Of a stretch of 64,000 nucleotides of DNA, positions 27,862 to 36,922 are shown piece after piece. This DNA comes from an uncultured Nitrososphaerota archaeon (lineage in GTDB: Archaea > Thermoproteota > Nitrososphaeria > Nitrososphaerales > Gagatemarchaeaceae). A program made the position numbers and the translations under genes. The first letter of the stretch is position 1; each line of letters starts with the position of its first letter. The stretch is from positions 736,001-800,000 of the forward strand of contig CAWISW010000003.1 of assembly GCA_963838925.1 (NCBI GenBank). The letters are read 5' to 3'. The notes under the pieces were generated by a model. That model was not told where the DNA came from and made no database searches. It saw only the letters and a program-made list of their open reading frames with translations.

Positions 27862-28092
27862 ATGTCAGCGGACATGGCGATCAAAGTGCTCGAGACGAGC
27901 GTCGGAAAGGTAGTCCTCATCAAGCTCAAGGGCGGCAAGGTCATCAGAGGCTCGCTCCAGGGCTTCGACCAGCACATGAACCTCTCGCTGGAGTCTGCAG
28001 AGGAGATAGTCGCCGACGGCAAGTCGACTTCGCTTGGCACCCTGATAGTCCGGGGAGACAACATCATCATGATCTCCCCACCGCCCGGCTGA
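27862..28092 (+). CDS. Sm-like archaeal protein
   Basis: GSLQGFDQHMNL, IVRGDNI. Confidence 0.93.
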   Translation: MSADMAIKVLETSVGKVVLIKLKGGKVIRGSLQGFDQHMNLSLESAEEIVADGKSTSLGTLIVRGDNIIMISPPPG

Positions 28093-28167
28093 TCCTCGAC
28101 ACGCCGGCTTAGCAGCCCACGGTAGAACTCTTTTACGCGGCCCCCAACGCCAGCGCTCCAGGGAACC

Positions 28168-30159
28168 TTGAGCAGCGTCGGGCCCGGAACTCGCAAGATC
28201 TCCTCCGTCGCAGTGCTCGGGGCCGGGACGATGGGCCACGGAATCGCCGAGGTCGCCGCCTTGGCGGGGTTCCGGACGGTGCTCTACGACGTCGAGCAGC
28301 GCTTCCTGGACTCCGGTATGGACAAGATAAGGTGGAGCCTCTCGAAGCTCGCCGAGAAGGGCACGATCACCGCCGAAAGGGCGGAGAAGGCCGCAGCCGC
28401 AATACTCTGCACCACCGACCTGGGGGTGGCCGCCAGGTGCGACCTCGTGGTCGAGGCCGTGCCGGAGAGCCTCGAGCTGAAGAGGGGCATTTTCGCTCGC
28501 CTGGACTCCGCCTCGAGCGACTCGCTCCTCGCGACCAACACTAGCAGCATCCCGATCTCGGAGATCGCGGCGGCGACCACGAGGCCCGAGCGGGTCGTGG
28601 GAATCCACTTCTTCAATCCGCCAGTTCTGATGCCGCTCGTGGAGGTGGTCAGGGGGTTGAAGACCAGCGACGAGTCCGTGTCAAAGGCGGTCGAGTTCTG
28701 CGGGGCCCTGGGGAAGCACGTGGTCGTCTGCAAGAAGGACGTCCCCGGGTTCATAGTCAACAGGATCCTCGGCCCCACGATGAACGAGGCCGCGTGGGCC
28801 GTCGCCAGGGGGGAGGCGACCACGCGCCAGGTCGACTCGTGCTGCGTCTACAAGCTCGGCCTCCCGATGGGCCTCTTCGAGCTCGCGGACTACACGGGCA
28901 TCGACGTGATCTTCGCAGCCTCCCGGACGAGGAGCAGCAGGGAGCCCTCCTCCCTGCCCGTCGCGCCGGTCCTCGGGGAGATGGTCAAGGCTGGGAGGCT
29001 CGGCCGCAAGACCGGGGAGGGGTTCTACGCCTACCCCGCAACCGGGCCTCTCTACGCGAGGGCCGAGGGCGAGTCGGTCGACCCGCTCCTGTTCTTCTCC
29101 GTCGGCGTGAACTCCGCGGCCTGGCTGCTTCGTAACGAGGTCTGCTCGAGGGACGACCTCGACACGTCGGTCAAGCTCGGGCTCGGGTTCCCTGAGGGGA
29201 TACTCCGGATGGCCGACTCGTGGGGGATAGACAGGGTGGTGGCCGCATTACGTGCAAAGCAGGCCTCGCACGGCGACGCCTACGCCCCAGACCCCCTCCT
29301 CGTCCAGATGGCCGAGAGGGGCGACGTGGGCGCGTCCTCGGGCAGAGGTTTTTATGACTACGGCTCGAAAGAGACCAAGTTGGAAGAGGTCGTTCTCAAG
29401 AAGGCGCCGCCGCTAGCCTGGATAACCCTGAACAGGCCGCACAGGCACAACACCATCACGCCGAGGATGATGGACGAGCTGGAGGCGGTCTCGAGCGAAC
29501 TCGCGAAGGACGCGACGGTGAGGGTGGTCATCATCTCCGGCGAGGGAGGGAAGGCGTTCAGCGCAGGAGCGGACCTCACCGCGTTCGAGTTCACCACGCC
29601 CCTCAAGGCCTTCGAGGCCTCCAGGAGGATGTTCGAGGTCTTCACGCTCTTCGAGAGGATGCCCAAGCCGGTCATCGCGGCCATCAACGGCTACGCCTTC
29701 GGAGGCGGGTGCGAGCTCGCCCTCGCGTGCGACTTTAGGCTCGCATCCGAGTCCAGCCAGATAGGGCTGACAGAGACCAACCTCGGGATTATCCCCGGAG
29801 CGGGGGGCACTCAGAGGCTCCTGCGCCTCGTGGGCCTGAGCAGGGCGAAGGAGATGATCTACTTCGGGGAAAGGCTGCCAGCCCAAGACGCGCTCAAGGC
29901 AGGGCTGCTCGACAAGGTCTTCGCAAACGAGAGTTTTCAGTCCGACGTCGAGAGTTTCGCGAGGAAGCTCGCAAAGCGCGCCCCGGTCTCCTTGAAGCTC
30001 GCGAAGTACGCGATCAACCTCGCACAGCAGGTCCCCTCCGCCGACTCTGGCCAGCTCTTCGAGGCCGGAGGGTTCGGGCTGGCTCTCTCGACCCAGGACG
30101 CCTCCGAGGGCATCTCGTCGTTCCTGTCAAAGAAGGAGCCGGAATTCAAAGGCGAATGA
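28168..30159 (+). CDS. 3-hydroxyacyl-CoA dehydrogenase / enoyl-CoA hydratase fusion
   Basis: GAGTMGHGIA, TNTSS, HFFNP, PGFIVNR; AFSAGAD, GGGCELA, PGAGGTQRL. Confidence 0.92.
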   Translation: MSSVGPGTRKISSVAVLGAGTMGHGIAEVAALAGFRTVLYDVEQRFLDSGMDKIRWSLSKLAEKGTITAERAEKAAAAILCTTDLGVAARCDLVVEAVPESLELKRGIFARLDSASSDSLLATNTSSIPISEIAAATTRPERVVGIHFFNPPVLMPLVEVVRGLKTSDESVSKAVEFCGALGKHVVVCKKDVPGFIVNRILGPTMNEAAWAVARGEATTRQVDSCCVYKLGLPMGLFELADYTGIDVIFAASRTRSSREPSSLPVAPVLGEMVKAGRLGRKTGEGFYAYPATGPLYARAEGESVDPLLFFSVGVNSAAWLLRNEVCSRDDLDTSVKLGLGFPEGILRMADSWGIDRVVAALRAKQASHGDAYAPDPLLVQMAERGDVGASSGRGFYDYGSKETKLEEVVLKKAPPLAWITLNRPHRHNTITPRMMDELEAVSSELAKDATVRVVIISGEGGKAFSAGADLTAFEFTTPLKAFEASRRMFEVFTLFERMPKPVIAAINGYAFGGGCELALACDFRLASESSQIGLTETNLGIIPGAGGTQRLLRLVGLSRAKEMIYFGERLPAQDALKAGLLDKVFANESFQSDVESFARKLAKRAPVSLKLAKYAINLAQQVPSADSGQLFEAGGFGLALSTQDASEGISSFLSKKEPEFKGE

Positions 30160-30198
30160 AATGATAAATACAGTCTCGCCAAACTTTTTCCATCAGTC

Positions 30199-31359
30199 TT
30201 GACAGGCCTCCCAGCCATCTCCTTCTCGCCTGAGCATGAAGACCTCCGCGCCTGGGCCAAGGAGTTCGCCAGCAGGGAGATCGCCCCTGTCGCGGACAAG
30301 ATTGACAGGACGGACGAGTACCCTCGCGACCTTGCAAGGAAGATGGGGGAGTACGGGCTCCTTGGCCTGGGGACGCCGAAGGAGTACGGGGGCCTCGGCC
30401 TCGACATGATCTCATCGGTGGTCGTCGCGGAGGAGATCGCGAAGGTCAGCCTCTCGGCGGGCCTCATCATCGGCGTCCAGAACGGGCTGGTGGCCTACCC
30501 GATCTCGGAGTTCGGCACCAAGGAGCAGAAGGAGAAGTACCTCCCCGCCCTGGTGAAGGGCGACATCATCGGCTCCTACGGGCTCACCGAGCCGGGCGCG
30601 GGGTCGGACGCCGCCAACATCCAGACCAAGGCCGAGAAGATGCCGGGCGGCTCGTACAAGATCAACGGCTCGAAGATCTGGATCTCGCAGGGGATGCTTG
30701 CCGACGTGGTCGTCCTCTTCACCAGGACCGGGAGCGTCGCCGACGGCGCCGCGGGAATGACCGCATTCGTGGTCGACAAGGGCAGCCCCGGGTTCAAGGT
30801 CGGCGGCAAGCTCGAGGTCATCGGGATAAGGGGCACCGGGACGGCCGAGCTCGTCTTCAACGACTGCCACGTGCCGGAGTCGAACATGCTCGGCTCCGTG
30901 GGGGACGGCTTCCTCATTGCGATGGCCGTCTTGAACCAAGGGCGCATCGGGGCGGCAGCGGGCGCCCTCGGCGTCGCGAGCGCGGCGCTCGAGGCCTCCA
31001 TCTCATACTCAAAGAAGCGGGTGCTCTTCGACAGGCCCCTCGGGAAGTTCGAGTCGATCAGGTTCCTCATCGCCGATATGGCGACGAGGCTCGAGGCGGC
31101 CCGCCTACTGACCTACAGGGCGGCATACCTCAGGGACAAGGGGGAGGAGTTCGTGAAGGAGGCGTCCATGGCGAAGGTCTTCTCGACCGAGATGGCGGTA
31201 TGGGCGTGCGAGAGGGCCATCCAGATCCACGGCGGCATCGGCCTTAGCAAGCTGCTCCCCCTCGAGCGCTACCTAAGGGACGCGAAGATCCTCGACATCG
31301 TGGAGGGGACCTCCGAGGTCCAGCGGTGGATCCTCTCGAGGGAGATCCTGCAGGACTGA
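30199..31359 (+). CDS. acyl-CoA dehydrogenase
   Basis: LTEPGAGSD, NGSKIWIS, QIHGG, IVEGTSEVQ. Confidence 0.93.
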   Translation: MTGLPAISFSPEHEDLRAWAKEFASREIAPVADKIDRTDEYPRDLARKMGEYGLLGLGTPKEYGGLGLDMISSVVVAEEIAKVSLSAGLIIGVQNGLVAYPISEFGTKEQKEKYLPALVKGDIIGSYGLTEPGAGSDAANIQTKAEKMPGGSYKINGSKIWISQGMLADVVVLFTRTGSVADGAAGMTAFVVDKGSPGFKVGGKLEVIGIRGTGTAELVFNDCHVPESNMLGSVGDGFLIAMAVLNQGRIGAAAGALGVASAALEASISYSKKRVLFDRPLGKFESIRFLIADMATRLEAARLLTYRAAYLRDKGEEFVKEASMAKVFSTEMAVWACERAIQIHGGIGLSKLLPLERYLRDAKILDIVEGTSEVQRWILSREILQD

Positions 31360-31365
31360 GCGGCT

Positions 31366-32532
31366 TTGAGAAGCGTCGCCATAGCGGGCCTAGGCCACTC
31401 CAAGTTCGGAAGGAGGACCGACGTCGACGTGGCCGAGCTCGCGTTCGAGTCGATCAAGCAGGCCATCGATGACTCCGGCGTCCAGAAGAAGGAGATCCAG
31501 AACGTCACGCTCGGGAGCGCGGGCGGCTGGTACGAGGAGACCCTCCCCGCAGTGCTGGTAAACGAGTACGCCGGGTTCGAGGACGTAGGGACCATGCGCG
31601 TGGAGGCGGCGTGCGCAAGCGGGAGCGCGGCGGTTAGGAGCGCGTACCTCAGCGTGGCGAGCGGGGAGGCGGAGGTGGCGATGGCCGTCGGCGTCGAGAA
31701 GATGACCGAGGTGGACACGCTCACCGCCGTCGAGCTGATGGGGAGGTCAGGCTCGTACCTCTGGGAGTTCGAGAACTACGGGATGACGTTCCCCGCCTAC
31801 TACGCCCTCTACGCGGCGGCGCACATGAGCAGGTTCGGGACCACCCAGGAGGACCTCGCCAGGGTCGCCGTCAAGGCCCACCACTACGCGTCCATGAACC
31901 CGCTCGCCCAGTTCCAGAAGGAGATAACCCTGGAGAAGGCGCTCTCTTCGCAGGTCGTCTCGTGGCCCCTCAAGCTCTACGACGCATGCCCCATCACCGA
32001 CGGCTCGGCAGCGGTCGTCCTTGCAAGCGAGGAGGCCGCCAGGCGTCTCACCGACACCCCCATCTGGATCCGGGGGATCGGCTTCTCTTCCGACTCTGCA
32101 AACCTCAGCAAGCGGGCCGACTACGTGGGGCTCAGGGCCACCGTGGACGCGTCGAGGAAGGCGTACGCGGCCGCCAAGGTCGGGCCGGAGGACGTGGACG
32201 TCGCCACCTGCCACGACTGCTTCACGATAGCCGAGCTGATGGCCTACGAGGACCTCGGCTTCTGCGCGAAGGGGGAAGGGGCCAAGCTCATCCGTGAGGG
32301 GCAGACGGAGGTCGGAGGCAGGATACCGGTCAACGTCGACGGGGGCCTCAAGGCGAAGGGCCACCCCATCGGGGCGACCGGCGTCTCTATGATGGTGGAG
32401 ATCTCGAAGCAGCTCAGGGGCGAGGCGGGAGGGAACCGGCAGGCCTCCATCAAGAACGGAGTCGGGCTCGTCCACAACGTGGGGGGGACCGGCCACTACT
32501 GCTACGTCACTGTCCTCTCGAGGTCGAAGTAG
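31366..32532 (+). CDS. thiolase (archaeal/SCP-x type)
   Basis: EAACASG, HDCFT, GHPIGATG, HNVGG. Confidence 0.92.
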   Translation: MRSVAIAGLGHSKFGRRTDVDVAELAFESIKQAIDDSGVQKKEIQNVTLGSAGGWYEETLPAVLVNEYAGFEDVGTMRVEAACASGSAAVRSAYLSVASGEAEVAMAVGVEKMTEVDTLTAVELMGRSGSYLWEFENYGMTFPAYYALYAAAHMSRFGTTQEDLARVAVKAHHYASMNPLAQFQKEITLEKALSSQVVSWPLKLYDACPITDGSAAVVLASEEAARRLTDTPIWIRGIGFSSDSANLSKRADYVGLRATVDASRKAYAAAKVGPEDVDVATCHDCFTIAELMAYEDLGFCAKGEGAKLIREGQTEVGGRIPVNVDGGLKAKGHPIGATGVSMMVEISKQLRGEAGGNRQASIKNGVGLVHNVGGTGHYCYVTVLSRSK

Positions 32533-32973
32533 TTGGCGGACGACAGCTCCCCCCCGACCATCAGGTCGAAGCGCAGCCTCACGCTCAGGTTCAACATCCC
32601 GATGTCGAAGACCAGCCGGTTCTGGGAGGCCCTTGGCGAGGGGAAGTTCGTCACGACGAAGTGCGACGACTGCGGGAAGCTCACCTTCCCGCCACAGGCG
32701 GACTGCCCCCGGTGCATGAGCGGGAACTCCAAGTGGGTGGACCTCGGGGCCGAGGCCGAGCTCCTGACCTTCACGCACGTCCAGATCACGCCGACCAGCT
32801 TCGTCGACCACGACCCCTACGTCGTCGCCATCGGGAAGCTGAAGGAGGGGTTGAACGTCCTCGCGTGGGTGGAGGGCGCAGAGCCGGAGAAGCTCGCCCC
32901 GGGCGTGAAGCTCAGGATCGAAAGCAGGAAGGAAGCTGAAGGCGGGCCCGACTACGTCTTCGTCTTGGCATGA
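32533..32973 (+). CDS. DUF35 Zn-ribbon/OB-fold thiolase partner
   Basis: KCDDCG..FPP..DCPRC; abuts the thiolase gene. Confidence 0.88.
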   Translation: MADDSSPPTIRSKRSLTLRFNIPMSKTSRFWEALGEGKFVTTKCDDCGKLTFPPQADCPRCMSGNSKWVDLGAEAELLTFTHVQITPTSFVDHDPYVVAIGKLKEGLNVLAWVEGAEPEKLAPGVKLRIESRKEAEGGPDYVFVLA

Positions 32974-32986
32974 CCAGCGACGGTCG

Positions 32987-33370
32987 CTAGAACTCGACCT
33001 GGATCGAGCGTATGACCTCGGCGACCCTCAGGAACCTGTCCTTGTAGAAGAGGATCTTCGTTATGGACCCCTTGAACTTCAGGAGCCCCTTTAGCACCGC
33101 CGACTGGAAGTCGACCTCCCCCTTCGCGACCTTCGTCCACGTCTCGTACGAGCCCTCGAAGGAGAACTCGGCCTGCGTCGCAAAGTCCGACGGCGCGACG
33201 GTAGTCTTACCCTCCTCGACCTTGATGAGGTAGAACGACGCGACGGCCGAGTCGACCGAGCCCAGCTTCACGCTCGTCTTCAGGCCCTTCGTCCCCTCCT
33301 GCCACTTCGCGTCGTTCGTCAGAAGATCCTGCAGCTGCACGAAGAACTCGGGCGAGAAGTACTTGACCAT
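32987..33370 (-). CDS. SCP2 sterol/lipid-binding domain protein
   Basis: TWTKVAKGEVDFQSAVLKGLLKFKG. Confidence 0.8.
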   Translation of the reverse strand: MVKYFSPEFFVQLQDLLTNDAKWQEGTKGLKTSVKLGSVDSAVASFYLIKVEEGKTTVAPSDFATQAEFSFEGSYETWTKVAKGEVDFQSAVLKGLLKFKGSITKILFYKDRFLRVAEVIRSIQVEF

Positions 33371-33654
33371 CAGCTACCCGCCCCGGGGACGGCTTTTTTG
33401 AGCTTACCTATCGCCCCCGAGGTCAGCCTCGACTTGAGGGTGACCGCCCCCGCGCTGACCTCGAGCGCGTCCTTCACCATCGGGAGGTCTACGCTGTCGG
33501 TCTTCACTATGACGGCGTGGTCGAACCAGACGGCCTTCTTCGCGAGGGCGGGGGATATCTTCGCGATCCTGTGGGTGAGCTCCTTCCGAGCCTCCTCGTC
33601 TATCTGGGCCTCGCTCGTCAGCATGAGGTACCTCTTGTGCCTGGGCCCTCTCAA
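33370..33654 (-). CDS. probable RNase P protein Pop5/Rpp14-like
   Basis: RHKRYL at N-terminus, TSGAIGKLKK at C-terminus; TTG start overlaps the upstream stop. Confidence 0.55.
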   Translation of the reverse strand: MRGPRHKRYLMLTSEAQIDEEARKELTHRIAKISPALAKKAVWFDHAVIVKTDSVDLPMVKDALEVSAGAVTLKSRLTSGAIGKLKKAVPGAGS

Positions 33655-34091
33655 GCCGTCGCCCCCTCGAGGATCCGGGCGTAGAAGGCGGCCGGGTCTT
33701 CCTTCGCGAGATGTGCGCGCGGCTTGACCTTCACCCTGATCGGGTCGGAGCTCGCGAGTGTCGCGTTCCCGCTCATGACAAGAACTTGCTTGCTGAGCCT
33801 TATGTAAAGCGCGTTGTGCTCGTCGAGAAGGGAGCCGAGGTCCGCGAGTATCGCCTTCCTCTCGTCCTCTCCGATCTTGGCCACGATCCTCCTGAGCGCC
33901 TCCTCCGCCTCGTCCCCCGTCAGGTGGTGCCTGACCCAGACTATCGTGTTGCCGTGGTGCCCTTCCGCCTCCACCCGCTCCTCGGGGAAGTCGCGCCCCA
34001 GCAGCGCGCAGACTGCGCGCTTCACCTTCTCCTCGTCCTCGGTCATCTGGAGGAAGTAAGAAACCTCGAGCGACTGGACGGACGAGCTCAC
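33651..34091 (-). CDS. RNA-binding protein (DUF54 family)
   Basis: TEDEEKVKRA, EGHHGN, LYIRLSKQ. Confidence 0.8.
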   Translation of the reverse strand: MSSSVQSLEVSYFLQMTEDEEKVKRAVCALLGRDFPEERVEAEGHHGNTIVWVRHHLTGDEAEEALRRIVAKIGEDERKAILADLGSLLDEHNALYIRLSKQVLVMSGNATLASSDPIRVKVKPRAHLAKEDPAAFYARILEGATA

Positions 34092-34159
34092 GCCGCGCCC
34101 GACTTGGTGAAAATAACTTTATCAAGTCTCGCGGGCCGAAACCTCTCAGAAGAGGGAGT

Positions 34160-35170
34160 ATGCGCGGCCACCTGAGAGTCCTCGGCATAGAGAGCACCGC
34201 CCACACCTTCTCCGCCTCAGTGGTCGCAGAGAAGGAGGGGATCGTGACGAACGCGAAGGACGTCTACGCGCCGCCAGAGGGCAGCGGCATCCATCCAGCC
34301 GAGGCCGCCGACCACCACCTCGCGGTGGCGGTCAGGGTCGTCAGGGAGGCTCTGGTGAGGGAAAACGAGCGCGGGAGCGACATCGACCAGATAGACGCCA
34401 TAGCGTATTCCATGGGGCCTGGGCTGGGTCCGTGCCTGAGGGTCGGCGCCGTGACCGCGAGGACGCTATCGCTCTCGACCGGGAGGCCGCTCGTCGCGGT
34501 GAACCACGCCGTGGGGCACATCGAGCTCGGGTGCCTCCTCACCGGGGCCAAGACTCCCCTCGTCCTCTTGATCTCGGGGGGGCATACGATGGTCGTCGCC
34601 CACTCCGGCGGAGTCTGGAGGGTGCTGGGCGAGACGCTCGACCTGACGCTGGGGCAGCTCCTCGACCAGATGGGCAGGTACGTCGGGTTCGCCTCCCCGT
34701 GCGGGAGGAGAATCGAGGAGGCCGCCGCCAAGTCGAGCCGCTACCTCAGGCTCCCATACACGGTCAAGGGAAACGACGTCTCCTTCTCAGGCGTGCTCAC
34801 GGCCGCGAAGAAGCTGGTCGACGGTGGCGCCTCTTTCGAGGACGTCTGCTACTCGCTCCAAGAGACCGCGTTCGCGATAACGACCGAGGTGACTGAGCGC
34901 GCGCTCGCGTTCACGGGCTCCAGGGAGCTCCTCGTGGTGGGCGGGGTCGCTGCCAACCGCAGGCTCGCCGAGATGCTCGAGATGATGGCTAAGAGGCACG
35001 GCGCCTCAGTGAAGGTGGTGCCCCCGAAGTTCAGCGGGGACTGCGGTGCGCAGATCGCTTGGACGGGGCTCCTCGCCTTCAGGTCCGGGGAGTTCCTTCC
35101 CAGGGTCGCCGACAGCGTCGTCAGGCAGTCATGGCGGCTAGACACAGTCCCGACCCCGTGGAGGAGCTAG
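34160..35170 (+). CDS. kae1: KEOPS t6A synthase Kae1
   Basis: GIESTAHT, GPGLGPCL, NHAVGH, SGGHT, GGVAAN. Confidence 0.95.
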   Translation: MRGHLRVLGIESTAHTFSASVVAEKEGIVTNAKDVYAPPEGSGIHPAEAADHHLAVAVRVVREALVRENERGSDIDQIDAIAYSMGPGLGPCLRVGAVTARTLSLSTGRPLVAVNHAVGHIELGCLLTGAKTPLVLLISGGHTMVVAHSGGVWRVLGETLDLTLGQLLDQMGRYVGFASPCGRRIEEAAAKSSRYLRLPYTVKGNDVSFSGVLTAAKKLVDGGASFEDVCYSLQETAFAITTEVTERALAFTGSRELLVVGGVAANRRLAEMLEMMAKRHGASVKVVPPKFSGDCGAQIAWTGLLAFRSGEFLPRVADSVVRQSWRLDTVPTPWRS

Positions 35171-35199
35171 TCGATGATTGGGAGACGGGAAGGCGCGCA

Positions 35200-35838
35200 G
35201 TGAAGCTCCTCTATCGCGGCGCGGAGGCCGACGTCTACCAGGGAGAGTGGTGCGAGATGCCTGCCGTCTACAAGATGAGGAAGCCCCTCCCCTACAGGCT
35301 CCCCGAGCTCGACAAGCTGATCCGAAGCCAGAGGACGGTGCACGAGGCGCAGCTGATACACGAGGCGAAGCTCGCCGGGGTGTCCGCGCCGCACCTTTAC
35401 TATCTCTCTCCTCAGGACGCCCTCCTGGTGATGGAGTTCATCGAAGGAAGGAGGCTGAAGGCCGTCTTGCTGGAGCCGGGCCTGACAAAGGCGAGGCTCG
35501 AGGAGCTCGGCGAGGAGTTCGGCCGGAGCATAGCGAGGCTCCACGCGGCGGGGATAATGCACGGCGACCTGACGACCTCCAACGCGATAGTTGACGGCAA
35601 GGTCCTGAGCCTCATCGACTTCGGGCTCTCAGTCCACTCGCGGAAGCTCGAGGACCAGGCGGTCGACCTGAGGCTGATCAAGGAGACGCTGACGGGCGCT
35701 CATCACGACATCTCCAAGCGCTTCATGCAGGCGCTGATGTCCGGCTACTCCTCCGTGCTGGGGAAGGAGCGGGCGGAGGCCGCGACGAAGAAGCTTGCCG
35801 AGATCGAGAGGCGTGGGAGGTATGCCAGGGTCGAGTAG
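35200..35838 (+). CDS. bud32: KEOPS kinase Bud32
   Basis: RGAEA, HGDLTTSN, IDFGL, RGRY; GTG start at 35200. Confidence 0.93.
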   Translation: MKLLYRGAEADVYQGEWCEMPAVYKMRKPLPYRLPELDKLIRSQRTVHEAQLIHEAKLAGVSAPHLYYLSPQDALLVMEFIEGRRLKAVLLEPGLTKARLEELGEEFGRSIARLHAAGIMHGDLTTSNAIVDGKVLSLIDFGLSVHSRKLEDQAVDLRLIKETLTGAHHDISKRFMQALMSGYSSVLGKERAEAATKKLAEIERRGRYARVE

Positions 35839-36415
35839 CCGGAGAGCGAAGCCGGTCCTCTTCGCGACCTCGAACCGGGGGAAGCTCGAGGAGGCGAGGG
35901 CCATACTAGCTCCTCTCGGAGTCTCCGTGGAGCAGTACGACGGGAAGGGCATCGAGATACAGGCGGACACCAACAGCGAGGTGGCAGCGTACGCGTCCAA
36001 GGGCGCCGCTGCCTCCGCAGGGCGGCCGGTTCTCGTCGAGGACGCGGGTCTCTACGTCGACTCCCTCGACGGGTTCCCGGGGCCTTACTCCTCGTACGCG
36101 TTCAGGACCATCGGGCTCGCCGGCGTGCTCTCGCTCCTCAGCTCGCCCGGAACCGGGAGGGCCGCCAGGTTCGTCAGCTCCCTCGCGTACTGCGAGCCCC
36201 GCGGAGAGCCGGAGCTGTTCGAGGGCTCCGTCCGGGGGCGGATAACGACCAAGCCGAGGGGTAGGGAGGGCTTCGGGTTCGACCCGATATTCGTCCCCAG
36301 AGGCGGCGCGAAGACCTTCGGCGAGCTCACCCTCGAGGAGAAGTGCGCCGTCTCTCACCGGGCCGCCTCCTTGAAGAAGTTCGCGGAGTGGTATCTCTCG
36401 CGGGACCGGCGCTGA
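35822..36415 (+). CDS. rdgB: non-canonical purine NTP pyrophosphatase (HAM1)
   Basis: ATSNRGK, EDAGL, GFGFDPIF, SHR. Confidence 0.93.
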   Translation: MPGSSSRRAKPVLFATSNRGKLEEARAILAPLGVSVEQYDGKGIEIQADTNSEVAAYASKGAAASAGRPVLVEDAGLYVDSLDGFPGPYSSYAFRTIGLAGVLSLLSSPGTGRAARFVSSLAYCEPRGEPELFEGSVRGRITTKPRGREGFGFDPIFVPRGGAKTFGELTLEEKCAVSHRAASLKKFAEWYLSRDRR

Positions 36416-36464
36416 CGCCGGGAATGGTTTTAAACCGGGGGAAATCGAGTCGGTCAGGTTCCAT

Positions 36465-36914
36465 TTGGCGAGGATACATTCGCATCGGCACGGGAAGAGC
36501 CACCAGACCAGGCCCACGAGCAAGAGGGCGCCGAGCTGGCTCACCTACAGCGCCGACGAGGTCACCGCGATGGTCATCAAGCTTGCGAAGGAAGGGGTCA
36601 CCCCCAGCTCGATCGGGGTCAGGCTCAGGGACGAGTACGGGATCCCGCTCGTGAAGCCGATAATAGGCAAGTCCGTGATGGAGCTGCTGAGGGAGAACAA
36701 GCTGGCGCCGGCAATCCCGGAGGACCTTCAGAACCTCCTCGACTCGGCGAGGAGGGTCCAGTCCCACCTCAACGCGTTTAAGGCGGACAGGAAGAACGTC
36801 CGCTCGCTCGAGCTCATCGAGGCCAAGATCTACAGGCTCTCCAAGTACTACAAGGAGATAGGCGTCCTCCCGCAGGACTTCAAGTACAGCGCAGTAGTGG
36901 CTCAGCTAAGCTAA
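36465..36914 (+). CDS. rps15: 30S ribosomal protein uS15 (S15/S13e)
   Basis: ARIHSHRHGKSH, LRDEYGIP, IPEDL, IEAKIYRL. Confidence 0.97.
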   Translation: MARIHSHRHGKSHQTRPTSKRAPSWLTYSADEVTAMVIKLAKEGVTPSSIGVRLRDEYGIPLVKPIIGKSVMELLRENKLAPAIPEDLQNLLDSARRVQSHLNAFKADRKNVRSLELIEAKIYRLSKYYKEIGVLPQDFKYSAVVAQLS

Positions 36915-36922
36915 GCCGATAG

